Counted from the stretch's first letter, positions 20,765 through 30,779 are shown. The stretch is 64,000 bases of DNA from Gemmatimonadota bacterium (GCA_007126035.1 SLCC01000010.1:9141-73140), one strand, 5' to 3'. The notes: generated from the sequence alone by a model not told the origin. Made by a program: numbers and translations.

Positions 20765-21256
20765 TCAGGAATTATGGCTGCACTCGCTCGATTTCGGAAG
20801 CTTTCCAGCTTTTCCTAGCACCCAGCGCATGCACCGGTGACCCAGGTCCACCGGCTCAATGAACATCATGGGACAGGCTCCAGCTATGACACGGACCCCA
20901 GCCTGCCGGCAGAGATCCACCGCCTCCGGCGCCATGCTGCCGGTGCCCAGTGAGCGATGGATCCATACGTCCCCCACTCCAGCCTCCACACAATCCTCCA
21001 CCACGCCCGGCGTGGCGGAGGGAGGGGTCGCGATCACTACACCTTCCACCCCGCCCGGGATCCTGGTTACCGAGGCGTAGCTCGGGTCGCCTTCGACCTG
21101 CTCGGCGTGGGGGTTCACCGCGAAGACCTGGTAGCCCTTCTCCCGCAGGCGGCGATAGATGAGGTTGGCGGGGTTGCGACCATCGCGCGCCACACCGGCT
21201 ACGGCTATGCGCCGCAGAGCCAGAAAGTTGCCGGTCGCCTTCCTCAGCTCGTCCAT
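20765..21256 (-). CDS. CoA-binding (YccU-like) protein
   Basis: IAVAGVAR, GYQVFAVNP, VWIH and GACPMMF. Confidence 0.85.
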   Translation of the reverse strand: MDELRKATGNFLALRRIAVAGVARDGRNPANLIYRRLREKGYQVFAVNPHAEQVEGDPSYASVTRIPGGVEGVVIATPPSATPGVVEDCVEAGVGDVWIHRSLGTGSMAPEAVDLCRQAGVRVIAGACPMMFIEPVDLGHRCMRWVLGKAGKLPKSSECSHNS

Positions 21257-21335
21257 GACTTGTCCCGGGCCGGGATGGATATACTGTGCGAGCTTCCTAC
21301 CTATTGATGATGATACCTGGCAAAGCCGCGGCAGG

Positions 21336-22010
21336 CTATGGGGATATTCCTGATATCCCCGGCAGGCTGTCCGAGCCAGTGACCAGCACGCCCGCCCCCT
21401 CCAGGTCCCGGCGCACTTCGTCGTCCGAGCTCGGGTCGACGGCGCGGGTCAGGTCCCAGAGGAATATGGCCCGGAACCCGGCAGCGGCAGCGTCCTCGGC
21501 GCTCCATTTCACGCAGTAGTCGCGGGCCAGGCCACACAGCACCACGTCGTCTACACCCCGCTCCCGCAGGTAACCGGTCAGACCGGTTGGTGGACGCTCG
21601 CCCGCCGGGCCGAAATTGTTCCGGAACCCGCTGTAGGAGTCCGTCGCCCCGTCCGTCCCCTTGCGGATCACCGCCGATACCCGTTCCCAGGGCAGAGCGG
21701 GGTGCAGCTCGGCGCCGGGCGTGCCCTGGACGCAGTGGTCCGGCCACAGGGTCTGGTCGTGGCCGTGGAGTTGGATGACCTCCAAGGGCTCCCGGCCCGG
21801 GTGCTGGCTGGCAAAGGACACGTGCCCGGGTGGATGCCAGTCCTGGGTCGCCACGTACAGGCCGAACGGGTCACGCTCCATGAGGTCCGCGATCGGCTGC
21901 AGGATCTCATCACCCCGCCCCACCGCCAGGGCGCCGCCCGGCAGGAAGTCAGGCTGAATATCCACCACCAACAGCGCCGCCCGGGACAGATCCAGATCCG
22001 AAAGCTCCAT
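21336..22010 (-). CDS. pncA: Nicotinamidase/pyrazinamidase
   Basis: VDIQPDF, QDWHP, WPDHCVQGT, DSYSGF and GLARDYCV (catalytic Cys). Confidence 0.95.
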   Translation of the reverse strand: MELSDLDLSRAALLVVDIQPDFLPGGALAVGRGDEILQPIADLMERDPFGLYVATQDWHPPGHVSFASQHPGREPLEVIQLHGHDQTLWPDHCVQGTPGAELHPALPWERVSAVIRKGTDGATDSYSGFRNNFGPAGERPPTGLTGYLRERGVDDVVLCGLARDYCVKWSAEDAAAAGFRAIFLWDLTRAVDPSSDDEVRRDLEGAGVLVTGSDSLPGISGISP

Positions 22011-22019
22011 GACTCCTCC

Positions 22020-23399
22020 TCAGGTCGAGAACACGCCCCGGCGCACCCGCGCGCTCAACTCCGAGAGCGCCGGGCTCACTGCCACCGGGTAGGGCGGGTC
22101 TGCGGGCGAGAGTCGCCTCAGCCTGGCGGGCAATCGACCGAGCTCCCGGGCGGCCAGCGCTCGGGACTCGGCCAGCCCGACTCGCCCCGCCGCCAGCGTG
22201 GCGCCCTCCGCCATCACCGGCTCGAGCAGTGGTCGGCCCGGTAGCTCCTCGCCTGACCTGCCGATGGTATCACCGGCCGCCTCGTCCTCCTCCTCGACCC
22301 GGAACACCTGCTTGGCGCCAGGTAGGATGCTCTTGCCACGCGACAGCTTCAGGCGACCCTCACCGCCGTACTCCACCAGCTTGTAGACAATCTCCAGGGC
22401 CGGAGCGTCCATCGACACGCCCAGTCGTGTGCCGACGCCGAAGCCATCGATGGGAGCTCCTGCCCCGAGCAGCTCCTCGATGGTGTGCTCGTCCAGGCCA
22501 CCACTGGCGAATATCCGGACCCGCTCCAGCCCCGCCTCGTCCAGGATCTGGCGGGCAGTCGCCGCCAGCCGGGCCAGGTCACCGGAATCGAGACGGACGC
22601 TGCGCACCGTGAAGTCGTCGCCCATCTCTTCAGCCAGGCGTACCACATTCCGCACGCCTTCCTCGGTGTCGTACGTGTCCACCAGCAGCACCGTCTCCTG
22701 GTACTGGCGGGCAAACACGCGGAAGGCCTCCAGCTCAGACTCGTGTGCCTGGATGTAGCTGTGGCCCATTGTCCCCAGGATGGGCACCTGGAAGAGCTTG
22801 CCCGCAAGCACATTGCTCGTGCCAGCCATTCCCGCCAGGTATGCGGCCCGGGCAACTTTCAGCCCTGCATCCGCCCCGTGGATCCGGCGCAGGCCGAACT
22901 CCACCACCGGCCGACCCCCGGCGGCCAGTGCCACCCGCGCCGCCTTCGAGGCGATCAGGGTCTGGACGTGCAGCTGGTTCACGATCAGGGTCTCGAAGAG
23001 CTGCGCCTGGGGCAGGGGCGCCCTTACCTCGAGGATAGGCTCCTGCGAGAAGACGGGGGTACCCTCCGGCATGGCCCTGACCTGGCCCGTGAACCGAAAC
23101 CCTTCGAGCCAATCAGCGAATGACCGATCGAACTGCGGCAGGCTCGCCAGCCAGTCCAGATCATCGGGATGGAATCTGAGCTGCTCGAGATGCTCAAGAA
23201 CCGTGGCCAGACCGCAGGCCAGCGCAAAATTGCGGGACGGCGGCAGGTCCCGGATGAAGAGGCTGAAGATGGACTGGTCGGCCATCCCCTCCCGCCAGTA
23301 CGCATGCACCATGGTCAGCTGGTACAGGTCGGTCAGGAGTGCCCGATGGCTTTCCCAGGATCCCGGACCCGCACCACCTCCCTGTCCGACCCTGCTCAT
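22020..23399 (-). CDS. pncB: Nicotinate phosphoribosyltransferase
   Basis: LLTDLYQLTM, EFGLRR, GTMGHS, LVDTYD, VRLDSGD and FGVGT. Confidence 0.95.
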   Translation of the reverse strand: MSRVGQGGGAGPGSWESHRALLTDLYQLTMVHAYWREGMADQSIFSLFIRDLPPSRNFALACGLATVLEHLEQLRFHPDDLDWLASLPQFDRSFADWLEGFRFTGQVRAMPEGTPVFSQEPILEVRAPLPQAQLFETLIVNQLHVQTLIASKAARVALAAGGRPVVEFGLRRIHGADAGLKVARAAYLAGMAGTSNVLAGKLFQVPILGTMGHSYIQAHESELEAFRVFARQYQETVLLVDTYDTEEGVRNVVRLAEEMGDDFTVRSVRLDSGDLARLAATARQILDEAGLERVRIFASGGLDEHTIEELLGAGAPIDGFGVGTRLGVSMDAPALEIVYKLVEYGGEGRLKLSRGKSILPGAKQVFRVEEEDEAAGDTIGRSGEELPGRPLLEPVMAEGATLAAGRVGLAESRALAARELGRLPARLRRLSPADPPYPVAVSPALSELSARVRRGVFST

Positions 23400-24466
23400 T
23401 CAGCGCCCCCTCCCACGGCCGCCGCTTCCATGGGCTCCACGTACAGCGTCTCGATCAACACCATTACCGCCGCCAGTATCGGCACCGCCAGCAACAGGCC
23501 CAGGAACCCGAAGATAACCGCCATCAGACTCTGGAACAGGAGGGTCAGGGCAGGAGGCAGTCGCACCGTGCCCCGCATGACCACCGGGGTGAGAACGTTG
23601 CTCTCCACCTGCTGGATCCCGATATAGAACAGCGTCACCCAGACCGCCGTCATGGGACTCACCATGAGGGCCAGGGCGATGGCGGGGATGGACGCGATTA
23701 TGGGCCCGATTATGGGAATGAACTCCAGGAGCCCGGCAATCACACCCAGGGCAAGTGGAGCCGGGATGCCCAGGAGCCAGACGCCCACGCCCGTGGCCAC
23801 GCCTATGACCACCATGTTGATCAGCGTCCCCACCATCCAGCGCCGGAGCGAGTCACCGGACCGGTCAATGGCCAGACCCACGCGCCGACGGTGGCCCGGC
23901 GGGATCAACCGCTCCAGGCCACGCCGGTACAGCCCCGGATCGATGGCCGTGTAGATGCCCACTGCCAACACCACCAGGATCCCGGCCACCGCGCCTATGG
24001 CGGTATTGATTATGGGAAGCGCCCCCGTGACGATGGCGCTCATCTGCTCCGCCAGCCCCACGCGTATCTGCTCTTCCATGTCCGGCGCCGGCTCTCCCAC
24101 GACACCGGTCAGCTCCCGGTACTGCTGCTGTGCCCACGTCACCACCTCCTCCGCGACCTGTGGCAGCTCGCGTCCCAGCAACGCCATCTGTTCCCTGACC
24201 GTGGGCCAGAGCAGGACGGAGAAGGCGGAGAGCACCACAACCAGCCCCAGCACCACGGTGAGCACACCCACCACCCGTGGCACCCGCAGCTCCGCCAGCC
24301 GGTCCACGAAGACAGAGAAGAAGACGCCGACCAGCACGCCGAAGAACAGGATGAACAGGACGTTCCGGCCGGCCCAGAGGAACAGGGCCAGCGCCACCAG
24401 TCCTATGGTGATGAGTATCGCTCTGGCCACCGACCTCGGTCCCATACCTGTTTTGGTGCGCGCCAT
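23396..24466 (-). CDS. AI-2E (PerM/TqsA)-family membrane transporter
   Basis: LLEFIPIIGP, QQVESNVLTP and GFLGLLLAVPILAA; GGAGAGAG RBS before ATG 24466; stop overlaps the pncB start (ATGA). Confidence 0.88.
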   Translation of the reverse strand: MARTKTGMGPRSVARAILITIGLVALALFLWAGRNVLFILFFGVLVGVFFSVFVDRLAELRVPRVVGVLTVVLGLVVVLSAFSVLLWPTVREQMALLGRELPQVAEEVVTWAQQQYRELTGVVGEPAPDMEEQIRVGLAEQMSAIVTGALPIINTAIGAVAGILVVLAVGIYTAIDPGLYRRGLERLIPPGHRRRVGLAIDRSGDSLRRWMVGTLINMVVIGVATGVGVWLLGIPAPLALGVIAGLLEFIPIIGPIIASIPAIALALMVSPMTAVWVTLFYIGIQQVESNVLTPVVMRGTVRLPPALTLLFQSLMAVIFGFLGLLLAVPILAAVMVLIETLYVEPMEAAAVGGGAE

Positions 24467-24499
24467 TCTCTCTCCTCGGTCCTCGGCACGGCACCGCCT

Positions 24500-24547
24500 T
24501 GCATGACGCGGTCCAGAAGGCGCTGCGCCTCCGGCCTTCATCTTGCA
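24500..24547. promoter_or_regulatory. Back-to-back pair of sigma54-like motifs
   Basis: Minus strand 24500-24515 TGGACCGCGTCATGCA faces the AI-2E gene; plus strand 24532-24547 CGGCCTTCATCTTGCA faces the receiver gene. Both are GG-N10-GC. Confidence 0.45.
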
Positions 24548-24560
24548 TTCGCGGTCCGGC

Positions 24561-24959
24561 ATGGCCGAAGGCACGGTAGCTAAGACCGCCCTTGTCGTGG
24601 ACGACAGCCCCACCAGTCGCGACATCCTGGGGACCATACTGCGCCACGGCGGCTTCCAGGTAGTGGAGGTGGCATCGGTGGCGGAGGCTGAAGCGTTCCT
24701 CGCCGACGAGCTCCCCGCAGTGGTGCTCCTGGATCTGTACCTCCCGGAGGTGGACGGCTTCGAGCTGCTCCGGCGGCTCAAGGCGGACCCTGCCATGGAG
24801 TCGGTCCCGGTGGTGTGCATCACGGCCGGGGCCACCACGGAAGTGCGCGACAAGGCGCTGGCCCTCGGTTGCGACGAGCTGGTCTTCAAGCCTGAAGGCC
24901 CCCGTGACGTGCTGGCCCTCGTTCAGCGCGTGATCGGAGAGCCGAGCGAACAGGACTGA
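24561..24959 (+). CDS. Single-domain response regulator (CheY/DivK-like)
   Basis: LVVDD, LLDLYLP (phospho-Asp), CITA and FKP. Confidence 0.9.
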   Translation: MAEGTVAKTALVVDDSPTSRDILGTILRHGGFQVVEVASVAEAEAFLADELPAVVLLDLYLPEVDGFELLRRLKADPAMESVPVVCITAGATTEVRDKALALGCDELVFKPEGPRDVLALVQRVIGEPSEQD

Positions 24960-25027
24960 ACCAGAGACAGGCGTTGCCAGCGTTGTTAGTTTGAGTCCCA
25001 TTCCGGCACACCTGACCTGAAGGAGCC

Positions 25028-25912
25028 ATGCACCGGTCCGTTGCTGCACTCATCGAGGACGCACGTGAGCACCAGCTCTCCCTGCCGGAGGTGGTGATCC
25101 GGTCCGAGATGGCCGAGAGCGGCCGGCCCAGGGAAGAGATCCGCGAACGGATCGCGCGCACCCTGGCGGTAATGCGAGGCGCCATCGAAGAGGGCCTCCA
25201 GGGCGATATGCGATCCCCTTCGGGCCTCACGGGCGGTCGCGCGGCCAGGCTCCATGCCCATGGCCCCCGGCTCCTGGGCGAGACTGTTACCGCCATCCTG
25301 GCCCGCGCCGTGGGCACGCTGGAGGTCAACGCCGCCATGGGCCTGATCGTGGCCGCTCCGACGGCGGGTGCGGCCGGGGTGCTCCCTGCCATCCTGGCCT
25401 CGGCAAGCGACATCCTGGACGCCGACGACGAGCGTCTGGTGGATGCCATGCTGGTGGCCGGCGGCGTGGGCGGCGTGATAGCGCACCGGGCCTCACTGGC
25501 GGGGGCGGCGGGGGGCTGCCAGGCGGAGACGGGCTCCGCGGCGGCCATGGGCGCGGCGGCGGTCACCTGGCTCGGCGGCGGCACCCACGACCAGGTGTCC
25601 ACGTCCATCGCCCTCTCGCTCCAGGGGATGCTCGGCCTGATCTGCGATCCCATCGGCGGCCTGGTCGAGATCCCGTGCATCTATCGCAACGCGTCCGCTG
25701 CCATGCAGGCGCTGGCGGCGGCGGAAATGGCCCTGGCGGGGCTCGACTTCCCCGTCCCGGCCGACGAGGTAATCGACGTGATGGGAGAGGTCGGGCGGAA
25801 GATGCCCGTCGCCTACCGGGAGACGGCCCAGGGCGGCCTGGCCGCCACACCCTCCGCCCGTCGCCTGGTCCAGATCCAGCCCACGCGCAGTCCTTCCGGC
25901 ATCAGCAGGTGA
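25028..25912 (+). CDS. sdaAA: L-serine dehydratase, Fe-S type, alpha subunit
   Basis: EVNAAMG, AAPTAGAAG, GGCQAE and GLICDPIGGLVEIPC. Confidence 0.93.
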   Translation: MHRSVAALIEDAREHQLSLPEVVIRSEMAESGRPREEIRERIARTLAVMRGAIEEGLQGDMRSPSGLTGGRAARLHAHGPRLLGETVTAILARAVGTLEVNAAMGLIVAAPTAGAAGVLPAILASASDILDADDERLVDAMLVAGGVGGVIAHRASLAGAAGGCQAETGSAAAMGAAAVTWLGGGTHDQVSTSIALSLQGMLGLICDPIGGLVEIPCIYRNASAAMQALAAAEMALAGLDFPVPADEVIDVMGEVGRKMPVAYRETAQGGLAATPSARRLVQIQPTRSPSGISR

Positions 25913-25921
25913 GCAGGAACC

Positions 25922-26587
25922 ATGATCGGACTCTTCGACATCCTGGGGCCCGTGATGGTGGGCCCCTCATCCTCCCACACGGCTGGCGCCTGCCGACTGG
26001 GCCTCATCGCCCGGGCCATCCTGGGTCGCACGCCGGAGCACGCCACCATCCAGCTGCACGGCTCGTTCGCGGCCACTGGCGAGGGCCATGGCACTCAGCG
26101 GGCTATCGTCGGCGGCCTGCTGGGCCTGCCACCGGACGACCTCCGCCTGCGCCGGGCCTTCGAGGAAGCTGAACACTCAGGCATGGAGTACGCCTTCCGG
26201 ACCGTGGACCTGGGCGAGGACGTCCACCCCAACACCGCCGTCCTCGAGGTCCGCAGCGGAGACGAGAGACTGACCATTCAGGGCACCTCCATCGGCGGCG
26301 GACAGGTCGAGGTGAGTCGCATCGACGACTTCCCCGTCTCCCTGGGCGGCGATTACGACACGCTGGTCCTGGCCGCCCACGACCGGCCTGGCACCATCGC
26401 CACCATCAGCAGCGTGTTCGCCGAGTCGGGCGTCAACCTGGCCACCATGCGGGTCGACCGGACCGGGCGGCACAAGGAAGCGCTGATGACCATCGAGCTG
26501 GACGCGCCCATCTCTGATCAGGCCCTGGAGCGGATCCGCTCATTCGACTGGGTCATCTGGGCCCGCACGATCGAGAAGATCGCCTGA
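25922..26587 (+). CDS. sdaAB: L-serine dehydratase beta subunit with ACT domain
   Basis: FDILGPVMVGPSSSHTAGA, GSFA.TG.GHGT, HPNT and SIGGG; C-terminal HDRPG ACT domain. Confidence 0.93.
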   Translation: MIGLFDILGPVMVGPSSSHTAGACRLGLIARAILGRTPEHATIQLHGSFAATGEGHGTQRAIVGGLLGLPPDDLRLRRAFEEAEHSGMEYAFRTVDLGEDVHPNTAVLEVRSGDERLTIQGTSIGGGQVEVSRIDDFPVSLGGDYDTLVLAAHDRPGTIATISSVFAESGVNLATMRVDRTGRHKEALMTIELDAPISDQALERIRSFDWVIWARTIEKIA

Positions 26588-26630
26588 CGTGGGAGCGGGA
26601 CGGGCCGCGCGATTGGCTCGCCCGCGAATT

Positions 26631-26704
26631 CGAACTCCGAGCTCCGAACTCCGAGCTCCGACCGCCACGCCACCACCAGGCCGCCGGCTGCCGGGCTTCG
26701 GTGG
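26631..26704 (+). repeat. Interspersed repeat copy A: heptamer array plus conserved core
   Basis: CGA(A/G)CTC x4, then CGACCGCCACGCCACCACCAGGCC...TGCCGGGCTTCGG; reverse-complement homologue of 29824-29932. Confidence 0.8.
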
Positions 26705-26770
26705 GTTGGTGGGCGGCGGCGGGGGGTGGGCGCTCCGCCCGTCCCGTGCTACCGGACTCGCTGCCGGTGG

Positions 26771-26800
26771 CGCTACAGCCCGCTACAGCCCGCTACAGCC
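26771..26800. repeat. 10-bp tandem CGCTACAGCC x3 spanning the M14 gene stop codon
   Basis: Three exact copies; each contains the minus-strand TAG. Confidence 0.85.
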
Positions 26801-29438
26801 CCTCGCCGGTCAGGGCGTTGAACAGCAGCTTGAACGTCCCTGCCGGCTGACCCCGGAACTGGGCCCGGAACCCGATCAGCACCACGTCACCGTCGCCGTA
26901 CGGAGCCCGCACCACCGCCGGCAGGCCGGCCAGGTGCTCGGCCCCGATCTCCCAGCCACTCAAGAGGATGTCCCGCTCGCCGTAGCGGGCCACGGCCTCG
27001 GGGCCCGGCGCCGTGATCTCGAAGGCGCGACTGTTCTGGAAGAAGGCGGCCGCCTCCTCCTGCATGCCGAAGCCCACCGGGTGGTCCCGATCCACCGCGA
27101 GGCGGACCAGCGAGCCAGGGATGAAGAAGTCCCGCCGTCCGATCCCGGCCAGCGCGTTGGAGACGGGTATGTCGAACTGGGCCATGAGGAAGTCCGTGGC
27201 GCCGTCCAGGGCGACCACGCGCCCGCCAGCCTCGACCCAGCGCCGCAGCGCCTCGACGCCCTCCTCACCCACGCCGCCGGTGAATTCAGAAGGCATGCGT
27301 CCGGGGGGGTGACCTTGGAGTATGCTCTCGGCGCCCTGCGACGCGAACAGCAGCACGTCCACGTCCGCCAGCCCGCCACCCCGGATCTCTTCGTTGCTCA
27401 GGGCGCGGTACGGCAGGCCGTAGTGGCCCAGCAGCCAGCGGGTCCATCCCTCGTCCATGTTGCCGGTCCAGGGGCGATAGATACCGATACGAGGCATCGA
27501 CACCGGCTGCATGGCGACCTCTGGCACCGCACCCGTGCGATGGGCCGAGACGTCCAGCTCGCTGAGCACGGCTTCGACAGTTCCGGCGGCGCTAGCGGTA
27601 CCCGGCCATCGCGCCACCAGCGTGCCCGCGGGCATGACGCGATCGCCCGCCTGGAGGCCACTGGTGGCGCGGTCCACCCGAACACCTGCCTCGAGCAGTC
27701 CGACCATGGCCGTGGCGGAGCGGTTCTCGTTCGGCGACACCAGCCACACATCGCCCGACCCCGTCACCCGCGCGCCGGGCGACGGCACCCTGTGCACCGG
27801 CTCGCCGGCGAACCGGAACGCGTCATCGACCCGGACCACCGAGACGCCCATCTGCATCGATACCGTATAGCCCGCCAGCCCACCGTACGGCGGCTCGGGC
27901 GGACCGCCCGGATACAGCTCCCGGTGCGGGTGCTCCTGTGGCTCCAACATGTCCAGGAGGTGGGCCCGGAACGCCTGGCCGGCCCGCATCACGTAGCTGC
28001 CCGCCGGGAAACGCCTGCCCCCGGCCTCGAACGACGATGTGGCTCGCTCCACCTCTAGCCCGCCACGGCGCAACGTGTTAAGCAGCTCCACCGCCTCGCC
28101 CGGGTCGTGCTGATCGTCCAGGGACACCACGTAGGCGAACGGGCCGCCCGCCTCACCGGCGGCGACCGCGTCCCGGCCCATCTGGTAGAAGTTGTAGAGG
28201 AAGTCTTCCTTGTTCTTCTGCGCAACGTCCAGCGTGCCCAGGGAAGACACCAGGTGGTACTCCACCGCCTGACCCAGGCTGGCCCGGCCGCCGCGCCATG
28301 GGTTGGGATACCGTATGCTGGGCTCCAGCGTGGGTAGACCGCGACCGAAAGTGAGCGGGAAGTCCTCGGGGTCATGATAGCGCGGCGTGGCCGACGCGTG
28401 GGCCACTTCCGACAGGATGCCGATCTGGTTGTGGAAGTACGGCGCCGTGCGCATGCCACCGTTCCACCACATGGTGAACGAGATCCCCGACACCACGCCC
28501 GACATACCCTCCATGTCGAAGCGATGCGCCATGTGCTCACCCACCAGGTTCGCGCCCCGGACCACCCGGGGATCGATCAGCGGGTTCACGGGGTCGGCGA
28601 AGGGCGGGATGAAGATGCGGGCGGGGAACGGCGCCGTCTGGTGGTGGTTGAAGACGATCTGGGGCAGCCAGTCCTCATAGAGCACCCGACCCACCACCTG
28701 CGTCTCCTGCTGCCGGAACATGTACCAGTCCCGGTTGATGTCGTGGCCCACGTACTCGTGGTATACCCAGGGCGTGCGGGACGTCTCGTACGGCGTGCCC
28801 AGGTGACGGCGGTACCAGTCCACCACGATCTCGTGGCCGTCGGGGTTCATCATGGGCATGAGGAGCAGGACCACGTCCTCGCGGATGCGGCGTGACTCCT
28901 CCGATTCGTCCGTCGCCACATGATGCGCAAGGTGGGGCGCGTGCTGGGCCGTGGCTACCTCGCTGGAATGCAGGCCGGCGTCGATCCAGACCAGCACCTT
29001 GCCCTCAGCCGCCAACCTCCTGGCCTCCGCGTCCGTCAGCCCCTCGGCCCGACCGAGCCTCTGGCTGATAGAGCGCCACCGCTCGAGCTGGGCCACGTTC
29101 TCCGCCGACGAGATGAAGAGCAGCACCATGGGTCGGTCCTGGATCGATCGCCCGATCTCCACCAGCTCCACCCGGTCGCTGGACTCCGCCAACCGCTGGT
29201 AGTAGGTAAGGAGCTGGTCCCAATCGGCCAGCTTGTAGTCCTCGCCCGGGTCGAAGCCGATCACCTCCGCCGGCGTGGGGACCGCTTCGCCAGCGACAGC
29301 GGCAGCTTGCGGCGCTCGCTCGGCGACGGGCGCAGGCGACGGCGCAGGGGCGCTGGCCGCGGCGCAGGCGGTCAATGGAAACACCAGGACCACCGCCAGC
29401 AGCAGTGCCTTCGCGAACCAGGCTTTCTCTAGTTTCAT
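26793..29438 (-). CDS. M14-family zinc carboxypeptidase (exported) with C-terminal GATase-like domain
   Basis: DAGLHSSE (HxxE), MNPDG, DINRD and FNHHQ; signal peptide with LTAC. Start uncertain (29438-29534). Confidence 0.88.
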   Translation of the reverse strand: MKLEKAWFAKALLLAVVLVFPLTACAAASAPAPSPAPVAERAPQAAAVAGEAVPTPAEVIGFDPGEDYKLADWDQLLTYYQRLAESSDRVELVEIGRSIQDRPMVLLFISSAENVAQLERWRSISQRLGRAEGLTDAEARRLAAEGKVLVWIDAGLHSSEVATAQHAPHLAHHVATDESEESRRIREDVVLLLMPMMNPDGHEIVVDWYRRHLGTPYETSRTPWVYHEYVGHDINRDWYMFRQQETQVVGRVLYEDWLPQIVFNHHQTAPFPARIFIPPFADPVNPLIDPRVVRGANLVGEHMAHRFDMEGMSGVVSGISFTMWWNGGMRTAPYFHNQIGILSEVAHASATPRYHDPEDFPLTFGRGLPTLEPSIRYPNPWRGGRASLGQAVEYHLVSSLGTLDVAQKNKEDFLYNFYQMGRDAVAAGEAGGPFAYVVSLDDQHDPGEAVELLNTLRRGGLEVERATSSFEAGGRRFPAGSYVMRAGQAFRAHLLDMLEPQEHPHRELYPGGPPEPPYGGLAGYTVSMQMGVSVVRVDDAFRFAGEPVHRVPSPGARVTGSGDVWLVSPNENRSATAMVGLLEAGVRVDRATSGLQAGDRVMPAGTLVARWPGTASAAGTVEAVLSELDVSAHRTGAVPEVAMQPVSMPRIGIYRPWTGNMDEGWTRWLLGHYGLPYRALSNEEIRGGGLADVDVLLFASQGAESILQGHPPGRMPSEFTGGVGEEGVEALRRWVEAGGRVVALDGATDFLMAQFDIPVSNALAGIGRRDFFIPGSLVRLAVDRDHPVGFGMQEEAAAFFQNSRAFEITAPGPEAVARYGERDILLSGWEIGAEHLAGLPAVVRAPYGDGDVVLIGFRAQFRGQPAGTFKLLFNALTGEGL

Positions 29439-29692
29439 GTCAAGCATTCTACGCGCAAGAAGAACGGGGGCGCCGACCCTCAGGTAACGGCGGAACCCGT
29501 CACCGGCGCCTCCGCCGGATTCGAACGGTACCACACATCATCGCGATGGGGATCTTTCATATTGAGCAGACACCCTCGGCTGGTCAACCGCTGCGCGGCG
29601 AGGAGTCACCCCATTTCTTGACGCTACCGGAGCGACCTGGCCGGCGACTGCTAGCCGCTCGGCCGATCCCGCTATTTTCCTGCCCCGATGTC

Positions 29693-29728
29693 CTCCGAAC
29701 CCTCCGACACCTCCGCGCTCTCCGTGTC
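29693..29728. repeat. Degenerate 9-bp tandem CTCCGnnnn x4
   Basis: ctccgaacc ctccgacac ctccgcgct ctccgtgtc. Confidence 0.55.
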
Positions 29729-29823
29729 ACGGCATTGACGTTCTGACTTCTACCCGTGCGGCCTGCAAAGGCCGGTCTCCGAACTCGGAGTCGAGCGCCC
29801 GGCACTGGCCCTCGCCCGGCAGT

Positions 29824-29939
29824 CCGCCGAAGCCCGGCAAGCAGAGGCTGGGAGGTGGCGGGGCGGTCGGAGTTCGGAGTGCGGAGTTCGGAGTTCGGAG
29901 TGCGGAGCTCGGAGCTCGGAGTTCGGAGTTCGATGCTCG
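29824..29939 (-). repeat. Interspersed repeat copy B: core plus nine heptamers
   Basis: Core CCGCCGAAGCCCGGCAAGCAGAGGCTGGGAGGTGGCGGGGCGGTCG, then GAG(T/C)(T/G)CG x9 (29870-29932) and one degenerate unit. Confidence 0.88.
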
Positions 29940-30148
29940 AAGCCCAATCCCACTTCCGCGCTCGGCGTGTTTCCTCGCCCGGCCCCGCTCCGCTTCCTGG
30001 CTCATCCGCGCCACCACCCGAGCCGCACCGTCCGATCACGAGGGTGACCGTGTCTGATCGAGAGCCAGCGCCCGATTCCTGCATCCCGTTGATCCCCAGA
30101 CGCTTGGGCCACCACTGCCCCGGCCCCGACCGCCGTGGACGGTCGAGT

Positions 30149-30164
30149 GGGAACAGAGCTTGCT
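30149..30164 (+). promoter_or_regulatory. sigma54-type promoter
   Basis: GGGAACAGAGCTTGCT (GG-N10-GC) about 70 bp upstream of ATG 30234. Confidence 0.55.
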
Positions 30165-30233
30165 GCCATCTGGGACTGAAGGTTGGGCCCACAACGGGTC
30201 ACGATCATGTCGAACCGTTATATGGAGACTCAA

Positions 30234-30779
30234 ATGAGGATCTACAAGCTCGCCGCCGTTGCTGTGGCGCCTCTCTTCCTGCTGGGCTGCCCGGCACCCG
30301 AAGAGGAACCCTGGGACGAAGATCCCGTGGCCGAGGAGCGGGTCCACCAGATCGGCGACACCGAGACGCTGAACCTCAGCGAGATGCATGACTCGGGAGT
30401 CACTGGTGACGTCCGCTTCACGGTGCTCACCGACTGGGAGACGGACGTGGTGCTCGAGGTCGACGACGCACGCCCGAACGCCAGCTACCAGGCGGCCATA
30501 CACATGGGCACCTGTGATGAGCTCGGCGAAGAGCGCTACTCCCTGAACACGGTCCAGACGGACCAGCAGGGCCACGGCGCAGCTTCCGTCACACTGGACG
30601 TTCGGCTCGCCGACGTCATGGACGGCAACCACGTGGTCGCGCTGTTCGGACCCGCCGCCGACGATGACTATATGGAGGACGATCCGGACGCGGAGGACGA
30701 CGAGCAGGTGATGGACCGTGACGCGCCGGTGGCGTGCGGCGAGATCGGGGAGGTCGGACAGGTCGGGCCCGGCTGGTAA
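30234..30779 (+). CDS. Acidic lipoprotein with degenerate Cu/Zn-SOD-like fold
   Basis: Lipobox LLGC; SGVTG.V.F, AIHMGTC and PVACGEI; GGAG RBS. Confidence 0.75.
   Translation: MRIYKLAAVAVAPLFLLGCPAPEEEPWDEDPVAEERVHQIGDTETLNLSEMHDSGVTGDVRFTVLTDWETDVVLEVDDARPNASYQAAIHMGTCDELGEERYSLNTVQTDQQGHGAASVTLDVRLADVMDGNHVVALFGPAADDDYMEDDPDAEDDEQVMDRDAPVACGEIGEVGQVGPGW

Noticed and set aside
25028-26587. sdaAA-before-sdaAB gene order as a novelty
   Set aside because: Both subunits are intact and ordinary; the order alone has no evident functional consequence.
29693-29746. LRTLRHLRALRV pattern resembling a voltage-sensor S4 helix
   Set aside because: It arises from a 9-bp DNA repeat in an ORF with no credible start, RBS or TM context.
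29870-29932. Heptamer array as a possible CRISPR array, or as part of coding ORF 29584-30192 (SELRTP repeats)
   Set aside because: The 7-bp units have no unique spacers and no cas genes are present. The peptide periodicity is simply the translated DNA repeat.
26631-29939. Composite transposon carrying the M14 peptidase
   Set aside because: No transposase or target-site duplication was seen and the inverted copies are diverged. Kept only as a repeat-family observation.
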